From: an uncultured Holophagales bacterium
Lineage (GTDB): Bacteria; Acidobacteriota; Thermoanaerobaculia; Multivoradales; UBA5704
Direction of reading: 5' to 3'
Assembly (NCBI GenBank): GCA_963842525.1
Contig: CAWJGT010000030.1
Location: forward strand, 32,001 to 96,000
DNA length: 64,000 nucleotides
Position 1 is the first letter of the stretch, and every line of letters begins with the position of its first letter. Under the pieces are notes generated by a model. The model saw nothing but the letters and a program-made list of their open reading frames with translations. It was not told the DNA's origin and did not search any database. Shown here piece by piece: positions 28,048 to 37,940 of the stretch. The position numbers were made by a program, and so were the translations under genes.

Positions 28048-29421
28048 ATGAAATCGAAATCTGGGAAGAGCCTCTTCCGTCTCGTCCGCCTCGCTGTGAT
28101 TTGCCTCGGTCTGCTGCTCTGGGCGGGCGTCGCGCGAGCCGATGATCCCTGCCTGGGCAGCTCGGCGTGGATCCAGAAGCCCGGCCTGCCCGACTTCACC
28201 AAGGAGCCGGCGAACGACTGCGCCTTCCACCAGTTGGCCTGGCAGAGCTTCCTCTACCTCGTCCAGCCCGTAGGCCCCGCGAACAAGGTCCTGCGCTTCG
28301 AAACGTTCGAATCGGTCGCCGACATCTTTGGGCAATCCGCGACCGCCTCGCCATGCACCGATCAGGATGAGCGCAACAACGGACACCGGCGCACCTTCCT
28401 GCCGCGAGCCCGCAAGAGCAGGACGCCAGGGATCGAGCAGTCCGGCACGAACGGCATCCTGATCGATCAGGAGGGCAGCGTCACTCTCTACGAAACCTAC
28501 TTCGATCCGACCTTCGTCTCCTTTATCGCCTCCTGCAATCTGACCGTCAAGGCGTGCGAGACGGTCGATCCCACTCTGCAGGTACCGGTGGGAACCTTGG
28601 AGCTCAAGGTGTCGTGGCGTCCCATCCGGCGCGAGGACCCCAACTACAACCGCTTCCATACGCTCAAGGACGTCACCTTCGACGATCCGCAGACCGGCAA
28701 GTGCGTGACGCGCGACGTGGCGATGGTGGGGCTCCATCTCGTCTACGCGCCACAGAATCATCCCGAGCTGGTCTGGGCGACCTTCGAGCACGTCGCCAAC
28801 GCACCGGACGGCCCCTGCACCGGGCCGACGACCCCGCCGCCCGGCTTCGTGCGATGGACGTACAACGATTCCAAATCGACGGACTGCACGAACATCAACA
28901 ACTGGCCCTCACCGGCGCCGTCAGCTCCCTATCCGGTGACGCAGGTGGTCCGCAACTGGGCCTATGGCACCAACCCGGCCGCCGTGTTCGGGACCGACAC
29001 CATCAAGCAGCTCAAAGCTCTGAACACGTCGATGGCCGCTCTGCTCCCCGGGAAGTCTGTGTGGAGGAACTATTTCCTGGTGGGATCGGTGTGGACCGAG
29101 AACGGAGCGCTGCCGGCCGTCCCGCCGACCTCCCCGGAGGTGTCCGGTAACCTCGCCGGCTCCACCCTCCTCGCCAACGCCACGATGGAGACGTTCGACC
29201 AGAGCCCGAATCCATTGATCACACCTCCTCCCAACAGTTGCTTCACCTGCCACAATACGAGCGCGACAAACCCGCAGCCTGTCCACGTCACCCACTCCAT
29301 TACGAACGCATCGGACCTGAGGGCCTGCCCCTGGAAGACGCCCCCACCGGCCTGCCTGGCTACGCAGCCCAAGAAGACGCCCGCACAGACCTCGGCGATC
29401 CAGCCCGTGGCCTCGCACTAA
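28048..29421 (+). CDS. Secreted Cys-rich protein with one C-terminal CxxCH (cytochrome c-like family of unknown function)
   Basis: Signal peptide (VARA-DD), AWQSFLYL, VGLHLV, WATFEHVAN, NYFLVGSVW, LANATMETF, SCFTCH. Confidence 0.75.
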   Translation: MKSKSGKSLFRLVRLAVICLGLLLWAGVARADDPCLGSSAWIQKPGLPDFTKEPANDCAFHQLAWQSFLYLVQPVGPANKVLRFETFESVADIFGQSATASPCTDQDERNNGHRRTFLPRARKSRTPGIEQSGTNGILIDQEGSVTLYETYFDPTFVSFIASCNLTVKACETVDPTLQVPVGTLELKVSWRPIRREDPNYNRFHTLKDVTFDDPQTGKCVTRDVAMVGLHLVYAPQNHPELVWATFEHVANAPDGPCTGPTTPPPGFVRWTYNDSKSTDCTNINNWPSPAPSAPYPVTQVVRNWAYGTNPAAVFGTDTIKQLKALNTSMAALLPGKSVWRNYFLVGSVWTENGALPAVPPTSPEVSGNLAGSTLLANATMETFDQSPNPLITPPPNSCFTCHNTSATNPQPVHVTHSITNASDLRACPWKTPPPACLATQPKKTPAQTSAIQPVASH

Positions 29422-29431
29422 AGGAGACATC

Positions 29432-30768
29432 ATGGCCCTCATCGATCTTCACACAGACTGCGATTACCGGGTACCAGGGACGACAAAACCGATCAGGTCC
29501 TGGAGTACGCGGCTCTGCTCGCCAAGGCGATCCCCTACGTCGGTGGCGTGCTGTCCGGAGTGCTCAGTTTCTTCATCTCCGCGGAGGAGGTGATTTCGTG
29601 GCAGGACATCGAAGACTATGTCGACGACGCGATCGACAAAGCCCTGCTCGAAAAAGACATCCGCGATACCCAGACCGATCTCGATGCGATTCGCACCCTG
29701 CTGTCCGACTACGCGGAAGTCCCGGCCGAGACGCGGGAGAAAGCCCCGGAGAGCTACTACGACGACCTCCACGACCTTTTGCACGACATGGAGCTGCTAT
29801 CCATCAAGACCCTGGGCAACGAGGGCTTTCCGGACTCGCTGAGCAGCGACGGCCTCTGGCATCGGGCTCCCTACGCCCTGCTCGGCACGATTGGGCAGAT
29901 GGCGGTCCTGCATGTCGCCGTCCTGCGGGAGATGCAGGCGGAGATCTACGACATCGAAGAAGGCCGCGCCAAGTACCTCCAGGACAAGCTCGACAAGGCG
30001 ATCGAGGGATACCTCGCGGCCTCGTGGCAGCTCCTGCCCGCCTCGTACCGGCAGCGTATCGGCGAGCTGAGGCTGGTTTGCGACAAGACCGACGAGGACA
30101 TCCAGTGCAACGCCGGGCATTGCCACACCTATACCGAATACCGTTTTGAGTGGCGCGACGACTGGGCAAACGCGCGCGTGGACCATAGAAAGTCCACGAC
30201 CGACGCCAGCTCGAAAGAGGAAAGAGAGGCCAAAGCGCTCCTGAACGACTGGCGGCGCGAGTACCACGATGCCTGGCTGGCCTTGAGCCAGGAGACGGCC
30301 ACCGCGATTTTCGATCAGGTAACCGCTGTGCTCGACACCCTGCTCCCGGTGGCGAGCGCAGCGGTGCGGGACGCCGAATATGCGGAGCGCAAGAAGACAG
30401 GCCTCGTCTTCGGCGGCCTGCGGTGCCAGGTCTCCGTCAGCGCCGACGACACGAGCACCGCGCTGGAAGTGACCGCCTACGCGGCCGGTGAAGCGGACAA
30501 GGTCCTCGACGTCCACTGCATGTCCTGGCAGAAGAACGACGACCGGGAATTCTGGAGCTGGAGGATCGAGCTGAGCGCTGAGCCCAAGCTGCGCGTGATC
30601 TATGGCCTCTGGCACGAGGGTGCCTTCGACAAGACCTGGAAGGCCGAGTCCGCCTGGGTCGCCTGGACGGACCCAGGGCGCACCGCATCGATGAACGGAG
30701 TCAACGGCAAGTACGAGTGGCTGAAGATGAGCGCCAAGTGGCTCGAGCCGGAGATGCCTCAGGTTTGA
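29432..30768 (+). CDS. Cry delta-endotoxin domain I-like helical protein (putative pore-forming toxin); frameshift near 29477
   Basis: RBS AAGGAG + ATG 29432. Adding one G in CCAGGGAC joins it to the 406-aa ORF. Motifs IPYVGGVLSGVLSFF, WQDIEDYVDDAIDKAL and LLGTIGQMAVLHVAVLRE resemble Cry domain I and conserved block 1. Confidence 0.6.
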
Positions 30769-30779
30769 GAGGGGCCCCT

Positions 30780-30802
30780 GGGAGCGCGGGCGTCCCGCCC
30801 GC
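30780..30802. repeat. Short REP-like palindrome between convergent genes
   Basis: GGGAGC-GCGGGCG-TCC-CGCCCGC hairpin, single copy in the window. Confidence 0.5.
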
Positions 30803-30857
30803 CTCCCGGACTCTCATCGACCGCGGCGTTGCCTCTGTAAGCCCTACGCCAAGCTCT

Positions 30858-31316
30858 TCATAGGCCGCCCCGCCGCGACACTCTGGACCAGTCGATCAGG
30901 CGGAGGTCCACTCCGGATGCCTTGCTCAGCTGCTCGAAGTCCCGTTTGTTCCGGGTCACGAGCGGAAGCTGACGCGATACCGCCACTGCGGCGATCAGGA
31001 TGTCGCCGAGCTGCTGATGCTGGCTGCGCGTCGCGCCAGACCAGATTTCGGCCGCCACGCTGGCCGCTTCCTGGTCGAAGGGAAGGACGATACAGTCGGC
31101 GACGAGCAGCTTGAAGGCGTGCAACTGCCGTTCGAACGGCTTTCCGGCACGAATCGCGATGCGGTATCCGCGCAAGCGTTCGAAGACTGTCACTGCAGTG
31201 ATCGTCAGCCGCCCAAAGGCGGTCAGATAGGCAAACGTTCGTTCCCTGACCAGGGGGTTGCCTCGGCTCAGCTCGGATAAGGTGTCGGTGTCGAGAACGA
31301 CAGGCTCGTCGTCCAC
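30858..31316 (-). CDS. vapC: PIN-domain (VapC-like) toxin
   Basis: VVLDTDTLS, ITAVTVFERLRG, VLPFD, GDILIAAVA, LVTRNKRDF. GTG start assumed. Confidence 0.9.
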   Translation of the reverse strand: MDDEPVVLDTDTLSELSRGNPLVRERTFAYLTAFGRLTITAVTVFERLRGYRIAIRAGKPFERQLHAFKLLVADCIVLPFDQEAASVAAEIWSGATRSQHQQLGDILIAAVAVSRQLPLVTRNKRDFEQLSKASGVDLRLIDWSRVSRRGGL

Positions 31317-31320
31317 CGGC

Positions 31321-31599
31321 TCATCGCTCCGGCTCTCTGAGCTTGCGGGTGAGAAGGGGAAGATCCGCAGCAGGGACGTCCCCAAGGCTGGCGGTTGCCA
31401 GCGCGAGGATTTCGGCGGGACTCGGAGCAATGTCTACATCCTCCCCGAAGTGCCGTCGCAGCAACGCAATGACCTGTCCCTCGAAGCTCCGCCCACACCT
31501 CTCCGCATCTGCCGCGATCTTGTCCCGGAGCCTGGCTGGAAAGCGGATGGTGCGGGCGACCGTGGATTCCTGTACATGGGCAAGAGAGGAGCGACTCAT
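31321..31599 (-). CDS. Arc/ribbon-helix-helix antitoxin
   Basis: TIRFPARLRDKIAADAERCGRSFEGQVIALL is Arc-like; lies immediately upstream of the PIN gene. Confidence 0.8.
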   Translation of the reverse strand: MSRSSLAHVQESTVARTIRFPARLRDKIAADAERCGRSFEGQVIALLRRHFGEDVDIAPSPAEILALATASLGDVPAADLPLLTRKLREPER

Positions 31600-31606
31600 A
31601 ACCGAA

Positions 31607-31674
31607 AAGATACCAGATTGGTGGCTCCTACGCAATCCCTTGTTTGTTGCGCAAGAAGACTGCAGCGCAACAAA
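31607..31674 (-). promoter_or_regulatory. Putative TA promoter and upstream palindrome
   Basis: Minus strand TTGCGT (31635-31630), 17 nt, TATCTT (31612-31607) preceded by TG. A perfect inverted repeat TTTGTTGCGC-N12-GCGCAACAAA lies at 31643-31674. Confidence 0.5.
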
Positions 31675-31775
31675 ATTGTTGTGAAAGGAACCAGTAGCCC
31701 GGGACGTCCTACTTTGCCAGGATAGGTCCCAGCCGACCCGCGGCCAGTTGTACTCGTTGCTGCGCCGGTACGGCC

Positions 31776-32921
31776 TCACTGACGCGCGGCATTGAGGTCG
31801 GCGGGGCCGCCCCGAGAGGCGCTCGCCAACTCATCCGTGCTCCCGAGGATCTTCAGCCAATGGAGGTGGGCGAGAAAGGCTCCCGTAATCGTCCGGTTCT
31901 CGCGGTAGGAGAGCCCGTACTCCTCGGCGGTCGCTTTCACGATCCTGGTCAAGGCCGGATAGTGGACGTGGCAAATGCCCGGGAACATGTGATGGATCAC
32001 GTGGAGATTGAGGCAGCCGAGGATCCAGCAGGCGAAAGGGTTGCCCCGGGCGTAGTCCGATGTCGTGTCGAAGATGTGCTGGATGTAATTGTTGGAGATC
32101 TGCCCTTCTTCATCGGCCTCGGGATAGGCGGCGTTCTCATTGAAGTGATTCGGCTGGAAGATGAGGGCCATGGTGAAACCGAGGAGGAGATGCATGACGA
32201 GAAACCCGAGGAGGACCGAATACCAGCGCGCATGGATGTAGAGGATGGGGAGGACGAGCATGTAGGTGTAGTAGAAGGCTTTGGTGGCGAACAGGAAGAC
32301 CAGCTCGCCGGGCGGATGGCGGAGGACCTTCTTGTTGCCGTAGCTCTTTCCGACCAGGAGCCAGCGGAAGTCCTTGACCAGGACCCAGTCGAGCGTGCAG
32401 AGACAATAGATCAGCGGGGCATAGAGATGCTGGTAGCGATGGAAAGGCCTTCTCTTGTCCTGCGGGGTGAAGCGAAAGATGTGACCGGAGATGAGAGTGG
32501 TGTCGGCTTCCTGGATGTTGACGAAAGCGTGGTGCGAATCGTTGTGCAGCAGGCGCCACACGTAGGAGCTCGCCCCAGTCAGGTCGAAGACGGAGCTGAG
32601 GACCCTGTTGACCCATTTGCTCTTCGAATAGGCCCCATGGTTGCCGTCATGGGCGATGTTGAAGCACATGTGGAGCTGAACGAAGCCGTGCAGCACATAC
32701 ATCCCGACCACTTGGAGGGTTGAAAACCGGCCGGTCATGAGCCAGGCATAGGTCGCGATCCACAGGGTCAAGCCCAGGATGGTCTTGGCGACCATCTCCA
32801 GATTGGCGTGCCTGGAGATCTGACGGCTCTGGAAGTAGTCATCGACCCGCAGCGACAGCGTTTTGCTGAAGCCTGATGTCGTGACTTTTTCCCTGAACTT
32901 GAATTGTCGACTCTCGGCCAT
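31776..32921 (-). CDS. Membrane-bound fatty acid/acyl-CoA desaturase
   Basis: Three His boxes (HDGNH, HNDSHH, HVIHH), HHMFPGICHVHYP and TM segments. Confidence 0.93.
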   Translation of the reverse strand: MAESRQFKFREKVTTSGFSKTLSLRVDDYFQSRQISRHANLEMVAKTILGLTLWIATYAWLMTGRFSTLQVVGMYVLHGFVQLHMCFNIAHDGNHGAYSKSKWVNRVLSSVFDLTGASSYVWRLLHNDSHHAFVNIQEADTTLISGHIFRFTPQDKRRPFHRYQHLYAPLIYCLCTLDWVLVKDFRWLLVGKSYGNKKVLRHPPGELVFLFATKAFYYTYMLVLPILYIHARWYSVLLGFLVMHLLLGFTMALIFQPNHFNENAAYPEADEEGQISNNYIQHIFDTTSDYARGNPFACWILGCLNLHVIHHMFPGICHVHYPALTRIVKATAEEYGLSYRENRTITGAFLAHLHWLKILGSTDELASASRGGPADLNAARQ

Positions 32922-33225
32922 CGGAAATTCCTCCAGGGTCGGTAAGCACTACTCGTCAAACACCCCGGAATCGTAAGGCAAATCCTCTTCGAAGGGGCCA
33001 CAATCCGCATGCCGTCAACACAGGAGCGGCTGGCCTCCGGACGGCGGGTGAGACGCCGGAGTGGATCCTGTCCGCCACCGTCGGCGTCCAGCTTCTCGGC
33101 GGCGTTCCGCCATCCGGTGAGATAGCCCGCCTTCCTGCGACAGTCCCAACGTTGCCACCTGGCGGCGGGCCTGCCGGCAGACAGAAGGGAAGAAGGGGTG
33201 GGCTCGCCGTTCGAGACTCGAATAC

Positions 33226-33555
33226 GTGACCAACGCCGTGTCCCTGCTGGCGAACGACGGCATTGGCGTCCGTGTGATCAACGACAGCGGCGTGGCGGAA
33301 AATACGCGCGTGGTGGTCTATCAAAACGGCGGAGCCGGCGCCACCACGGTCGCCGACACCGGTCGTGTCGCTGTCACGCCAACGTGGATGTGGGCCATGG
33401 GTCTCGCCGTCAAGAATCCCGGGGACGACTGGCTTCGCATCCAGACGACCTCCGAATCGCTCATCCCGCAGGCAACGTTCGAGCGCGTCACGAGCACGAC
33501 GTCAAGTCCGATCATGATCTATAAGCCGGGTCCCTTCCCGTGCTTCAAAGGCTAA
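33226..33555 (+). CDS. Hypothetical beta-rich protein or gene fragment
   Basis: 109-aa ORF with protein-like composition but no convincing RBS; may be 5'-truncated. Confidence 0.35.
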   Translation: MTNAVSLLANDGIGVRVINDSGVAENTRVVVYQNGGAGATTVADTGRVAVTPTWMWAMGLAVKNPGDDWLRIQTTSESLIPQATFERVTSTTSSPIMIYKPGPFPCFKG

Positions 33556-34097
33556 ATCTTGAGCCGGCCGCGAAAACCTCTGGCGGCGTAGTACGAGTCA
33601 GCACCATTGTGATAAACGAAGACATGGTCATAGCGACGATCACAGAAGAGCGCGCCACCAAGGTCTCTTATCTTGGCTGGCGTTTTGACCCAGCTCGAAG
33701 TTTTCCTGTCGAATTCTCCGAGCTCTTGCAGCTCTCGATACTGTTGTTCCGTGAGTATCTCAATGCCTATCGAGGACGCCATTTCGATAGCGTTCCCCTT
33801 TGGTTTGTTTTCTTTTCGTGAATCGAGAGCCTCGCGGTCATAGCAAATGCTGCGTCGGCCTGATGGGCTTTCAGGTGAACAATCACAGAAAATGAGCTCA
33901 CCGGTCTCCTCGTCACGGCCAACGACGTCTGGTTCGCCACCGGTACGTTCCATTTCACTGAGTACTTGGAGTTTTTTGGCGCTAGCCTTCAATTTCGCCT
34001 GCACTGAGTCCCAGTCGATTCCGGTGTGACGGCGCATGTTTTTCGCGAACCGATCTTTTAGAGTCTTGATCAACTCGTCACGGAGTGCTGCTTCCAT
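33552..34097 (-). CDS. DUF4256 domain protein
   Basis: LKDRFAKNMRRH, EMERTGGEPDVV, DCSPESPSGRRSICYD, KTSSWVKTP, GGALFCDRRY, YHNGADSYYAARGFRG; visibly more A/T-rich than its neighbours. Confidence 0.9.
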   Translation of the reverse strand: MEAALRDELIKTLKDRFAKNMRRHTGIDWDSVQAKLKASAKKLQVLSEMERTGGEPDVVGRDEETGELIFCDCSPESPSGRRSICYDREALDSRKENKPKGNAIEMASSIGIEILTEQQYRELQELGEFDRKTSSWVKTPAKIRDLGGALFCDRRYDHVFVYHNGADSYYAARGFRGRLKI

Positions 34098-34328
34098 TTA
34101 GTTATCTCCCTCATAAAAACTCTCTTGCCGATCTTGCATCTTCATAAGTCGCGGGGTTCAGGTCTAAATCACTCAGCATCCGCAACTTAGAGAAGCATAC
34201 ACACATCGTCGGAAGGGGTCAAAGGCGGCGGGGTTTGGCGTATAAGCCCCCTGTCTTTTCTCGATCCTGGCGATTTCGGGCTTGACAGCCAGGAGTGAGC
34301 CTCTCTAACGGCGAGCTCGTCGGTCACC

Positions 34329-34511
34329 TGGCCGTCGCTGTACCGGATGGAGCGCAAGGGTTGGATTGCGGCGGAATGGGGCAGCTCGGAGCTCAATCGC
34401 CGCGCCAAATTCTACCGGCTGACGCCGCAAGGCGGTCAACATCTCGCCGCCGAGACGGAGCAGTGGGAGCGCTTCGCCGCCGCTGTTTCGAAGGTCCTGC
34501 TGCCGGCCTGA
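34329..34511 (+). pseudogene. 5'-truncated acidobacterial PadR-family regulator
   Basis: [35 protein letters not shown]...[16 protein letters not shown] is the C-terminal half only; in-frame TGA at 34296-34298 and no N-terminal helices. Confidence 0.85.
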
Positions 34512-34531
34512 GGCCGGGGAGAGGAGCGCCC

Positions 34532-37183
34532 ATGGCGCGCTGGCTGTGGAAGAAGAGCGTCGACGACGAGGTGGCCGAAGAGCTGGATTTCCACCTCGAA
34601 ATGCGTACCCGCGAACACATGGCGCACGGCCTCGATCCTGTCGCCGCGCGCGAGGCCGCGCGCCGCCGTTTCGGCAACTTCGAGGGCGTGAAGGCCACAT
34701 GCCGTGACATCGGCAGGAAGAGGGACACCGACATGCGCCGCCGCGAAATCCTCGGCGAGCTGCGACAGGACGCCGCGTTCGCGCTGCGCCAGCTCGCCGC
34801 CAATCCTGGGTTCACCCTGATCGCCGTGCTGACGCTGGCCCTCGGCATCGGCGCCACCACGGCCATCTTCAGCGCCGTCAACGCCGTGGTCCTCCGGCCG
34901 CTGCCGGTGCCGCAGCCGGACCGGCTGGCCTTCGTCCTGACCGAGTGGCAAGGCCGGCCCACCAGCGTCTCGGTCGGCAACTACATCGGGTTGGTCGCCG
35001 GGCAGCGCGTCTTCGAGAACGTCGGCGCAATGCAGTACTCCAGCTTCAACCTTTCCGAGGGCGAGGCGGCCGAGCGCGCGATGGGAGGGCGCGTCACGGC
35101 CTCCTTCTTCGACGTCTTCGGCGTCCCGCCGGCGCGCGGTCGTGTCTTCCGTGCCGACGAAGACCAGCCGGGGCACGAGCAGGTGGTCGTCCTGAGCCAT
35201 CGCCTGTGGAGCCGCAAGTTTGGCTCCGACCCTGCCATCGTGGGACGCGACGTGCGGCTGAACAGCCTGCAGTACACCGTCCTCGGCGTCATGCCTCCCG
35301 AATTCGATCTCACGTCGGACAGCGAAGAGCTGTGGGTGCCAATCGCCTTCACGCCGGAGCGCAAGGCGATGTACGACCCGCACTTCCTGACCGTGGTGGC
35401 ACGCCTGCGCGACGGTGTCTCGCCACGGCAGGCGGAGGAGGCGCTGGAGGCGATCGCGGTGGGGCTGCGGAGCAGCAATCCAGGCCAGAACGCGGGCCGC
35501 CCCTTCCGGGTGGCGCCCTTCGCCGAGCGGCTCGTCGGCGACTTCCGCACGCGCCTTTTCGTGCTGCTCGGCGCCGTCGGAGCCGTGCTGCTCATCGCCT
35601 GCGGCAACGTCGCCAACCTGCTGCTCGCGCGCGGCGCGGCGCGGGCCCGCGAGCTGGCGATCCGTTCCGCCCTCGGCGCCGGCCGCGGACGCATCGTCCG
35701 CCAACTCCTCACCGAGTGCGCCGTGCTCGCCCTCGTCTCCGGTGTTGCGGGCGTGCTGCTTGCCGTCTGGGGCGTGCGCGCCCTCGTCGCCATGGGTCCG
35801 CCGGACGTGCCGCGCCTCGACCAGACGCAGGTGGATGCCGCCGCTCTGGCTGTGGCGCTCGCCCTGTCGCTCGCCAGCAGCTTCCTCTTCGGCCTCGTCC
35901 CGGCGCTACGGGCCGCGCGTGGAAGCGTCAGCGGCACGCTCCGCGAAGGCGGGCGCGGCTCCGCCGGCGCCGGCCGCGACTGGCTGCGCTCCGGCCTGCT
36001 CGCGGCGGAGGTCGCGCTCTCCGTCCTCCTGCTCGCCGGCGCCGGCCTCCTCATCCGCTCCGCGCTCGAGCTGCAGCGTGTCCGGCCCGGCTTCGATCCG
36101 GCGGGCGTTCTTACGGCGCGTGTCGCTCTTCCCGAGGCCGAGTACCTCGAAAACGAGCGCGTCGTCGCCGCCTTCGAGAGGCTCGTGGAGGAAACGCGGC
36201 AGGCTCCCGGCGTGCGCTTCGCGGCGCTCTCCTCGCAGATCCCCATGGGACGCGGTAGCAGCACCAACGGGCTGGTGCCCGAAGGCAAGCGGGACTCGCT
36301 GGAGAACATCGTCGACTCGCGCCTCGGCCTCGTCACGCCGGGTTACTTCCAGGCGCTCGGCATCCCCATCCTGCGGGGCCGGGCGTTTACCTCCAGAGAC
36401 CGTCAGGGCGGGGAGAAGGTCATGGTCGTCAGCGAGACGCTGGCCGCCGCGCTCTTCCCCGGCGAGGATCCCATCGGCCGCCGCGTCTCCTGCTGCGGAA
36501 GGGGACCGGACGGCGGTCCGGACCTCAAGGTCATTGTCGGCGTCGCCGGGGATACGCGCTCGCGCGGCCTTGCAAGCGAAGTCTTTCCGGAGTTCTACCT
36601 GCCGATGGCGCAGGCGCCGCTCGAAGCATGGAGTTGGTTCCAGCGCTCGATGTACATCGTAGCGCGCACCCAAGGCAAGCCCGAAGCCGCCATCCAGCCG
36701 CTACGGCAGGTCGTCGCCGGTTTCGATCCCGACGTGCCGCTCTACGACGTCCAGTCCATGGAGCAGCGGCTGGCGGGCTCGCTGGCGCCGGCGCGCTTCA
36801 ACACGCTGCTGCTGACCCTGCTCGGCTGTTTCGGCCTGCTCCTGGCGGCGGGTGGCATCTACGGCGTTGCGGCCTTTTTCGTGACCCAGCGCACGGCGGA
36901 GATCGGCGTGCGCATGGCGCTCGGCGCGACGCAACAGGACGTGCTCCGGCTCGTCCTTTGGCGGGCCATCCTCCCGGTCGCCGTCGGCGTGAGCCTCGGG
37001 CTTGCCGCCTCGGCCGCCGCGACCCGGGTGCTGGCGGCGAGCCTCGTCGGTGTCGAGCCCATCGATCCGTTGACCTTCGCCGCCGTCATCGTCGTGCTCG
37101 TCTCCACCGCGCTGCTGGCCAGCATCTTTCCCGCGCGCCGCGCCGCGAGCGTCGACCCCACGCGAGCGCTGCAGGCGGTGTGA
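34532..37183 (+). CDS. ADOP-type duplicated ABC permease (MacB/FtsX)
   Basis: RBS GAGGAG. Prefix [16 protein letters not shown]...ARRRFG, then [58 protein letters not shown]. Confidence 0.93.
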   Translation: MARWLWKKSVDDEVAEELDFHLEMRTREHMAHGLDPVAAREAARRRFGNFEGVKATCRDIGRKRDTDMRRREILGELRQDAAFALRQLAANPGFTLIAVLTLALGIGATTAIFSAVNAVVLRPLPVPQPDRLAFVLTEWQGRPTSVSVGNYIGLVAGQRVFENVGAMQYSSFNLSEGEAAERAMGGRVTASFFDVFGVPPARGRVFRADEDQPGHEQVVVLSHRLWSRKFGSDPAIVGRDVRLNSLQYTVLGVMPPEFDLTSDSEELWVPIAFTPERKAMYDPHFLTVVARLRDGVSPRQAEEALEAIAVGLRSSNPGQNAGRPFRVAPFAERLVGDFRTRLFVLLGAVGAVLLIACGNVANLLLARGAARARELAIRSALGAGRGRIVRQLLTECAVLALVSGVAGVLLAVWGVRALVAMGPPDVPRLDQTQVDAAALAVALALSLASSFLFGLVPALRAARGSVSGTLREGGRGSAGAGRDWLRSGLLAAEVALSVLLLAGAGLLIRSALELQRVRPGFDPAGVLTARVALPEAEYLENERVVAAFERLVEETRQAPGVRFAALSSQIPMGRGSSTNGLVPEGKRDSLENIVDSRLGLVTPGYFQALGIPILRGRAFTSRDRQGGEKVMVVSETLAAALFPGEDPIGRRVSCCGRGPDGGPDLKVIVGVAGDTRSRGLASEVFPEFYLPMAQAPLEAWSWFQRSMYIVARTQGKPEAAIQPLRQVVAGFDPDVPLYDVQSMEQRLAGSLAPARFNTLLLTLLGCFGLLLAAGGIYGVAAFFVTQRTAEIGVRMALGATQQDVLRLVLWRAILPVAVGVSLGLAASAAATRVLAASLVGVEPIDPLTFAAVIVVLVSTALLASIFPARRAASVDPTRALQAV

Positions 37184-37214
37184 GGGCCTGGCGGCCGTTT
37201 GATACGATGGGGTC

Positions 37215-37922
37215 ATGACAGCAGAAGACATCATCCAGGAGCTCGAGCCGCTGGGCACCGAAGGCTATCGGAAGGTGATGCGGAACCAGGGCGTTCCGGA
37301 GCCCATCCTCGGAGTGAAGATCGAGGAGCTGAAGAAGATCCAGAAGCGCATCAAGAAGGACTACCAACTGGCATTGGATCTTTACGACACCGGCATCTCT
37401 GACGCGATGTACCTGGCGGGGCTGATCGCCGATGATCTCAAGATGACCAGGAAGGACCTCAATCACTGGGTCGAGAAGGCGCACAGCGCCATCATCAGCG
37501 AGTACACGGTGCCCTGGGTCGCGGCGGGGAGCAAGCACGGGCGCGAGCTGGCCCAGGAATGGATCGAGTCCGACAAGGAGACAGTGGCGGCGGCGGGCTG
37601 GGCGACGTTCAGCAGCCTCGTGTCCACGAAGGCCGACGCCGACCTGGACCTACCCGAGCTCCGGCAGCTTCTCCAGCGTGTGGAGACGACGATCCACGAG
37701 CAGCCGAATCGCGTGCGCTACGTCATGAACGGCTTTGTGATCGCCGTGGGCGGTTATGTGCGGGAGCTGACGGAGCTTGCCTTGCAGACCGCTGCGAAGA
37801 TCGGCCGGGTGACGGTCGACATGGGCGGCACCGCGTGCAAGGTTCCCTCCGCCCCGGAGTACATCCAGAAGGTCCACGACCGTGGGTCCCTCGGGAAGAA
37901 GCGCAAAACAGCGAAGTGTTGA
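37215..37922 (+). CDS. DNA alkylation repair (AlkD-like HEAT) protein
   Basis: GVKIEELKKIQKRIKKDYQLALDLYDTG..DAMYLAGLIAD, NRVRYVMNGF, VDMGGTACKVP. Confidence 0.85.
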   Translation: MTAEDIIQELEPLGTEGYRKVMRNQGVPEPILGVKIEELKKIQKRIKKDYQLALDLYDTGISDAMYLAGLIADDLKMTRKDLNHWVEKAHSAIISEYTVPWVAAGSKHGRELAQEWIESDKETVAAAGWATFSSLVSTKADADLDLPELRQLLQRVETTIHEQPNRVRYVMNGFVIAVGGYVRELTELALQTAAKIGRVTVDMGGTACKVPSAPEYIQKVHDRGSLGKKRKTAKC

Positions 37923-37940
37923 GCGGTGACCGCGGCGCGT

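Noticed and set aside
34295-34531. N-terminal extension of the permease in the ORF track
   Set aside because: It is an alternate frame of the padR remnant; the RBS and family prefix support ATG 34532.
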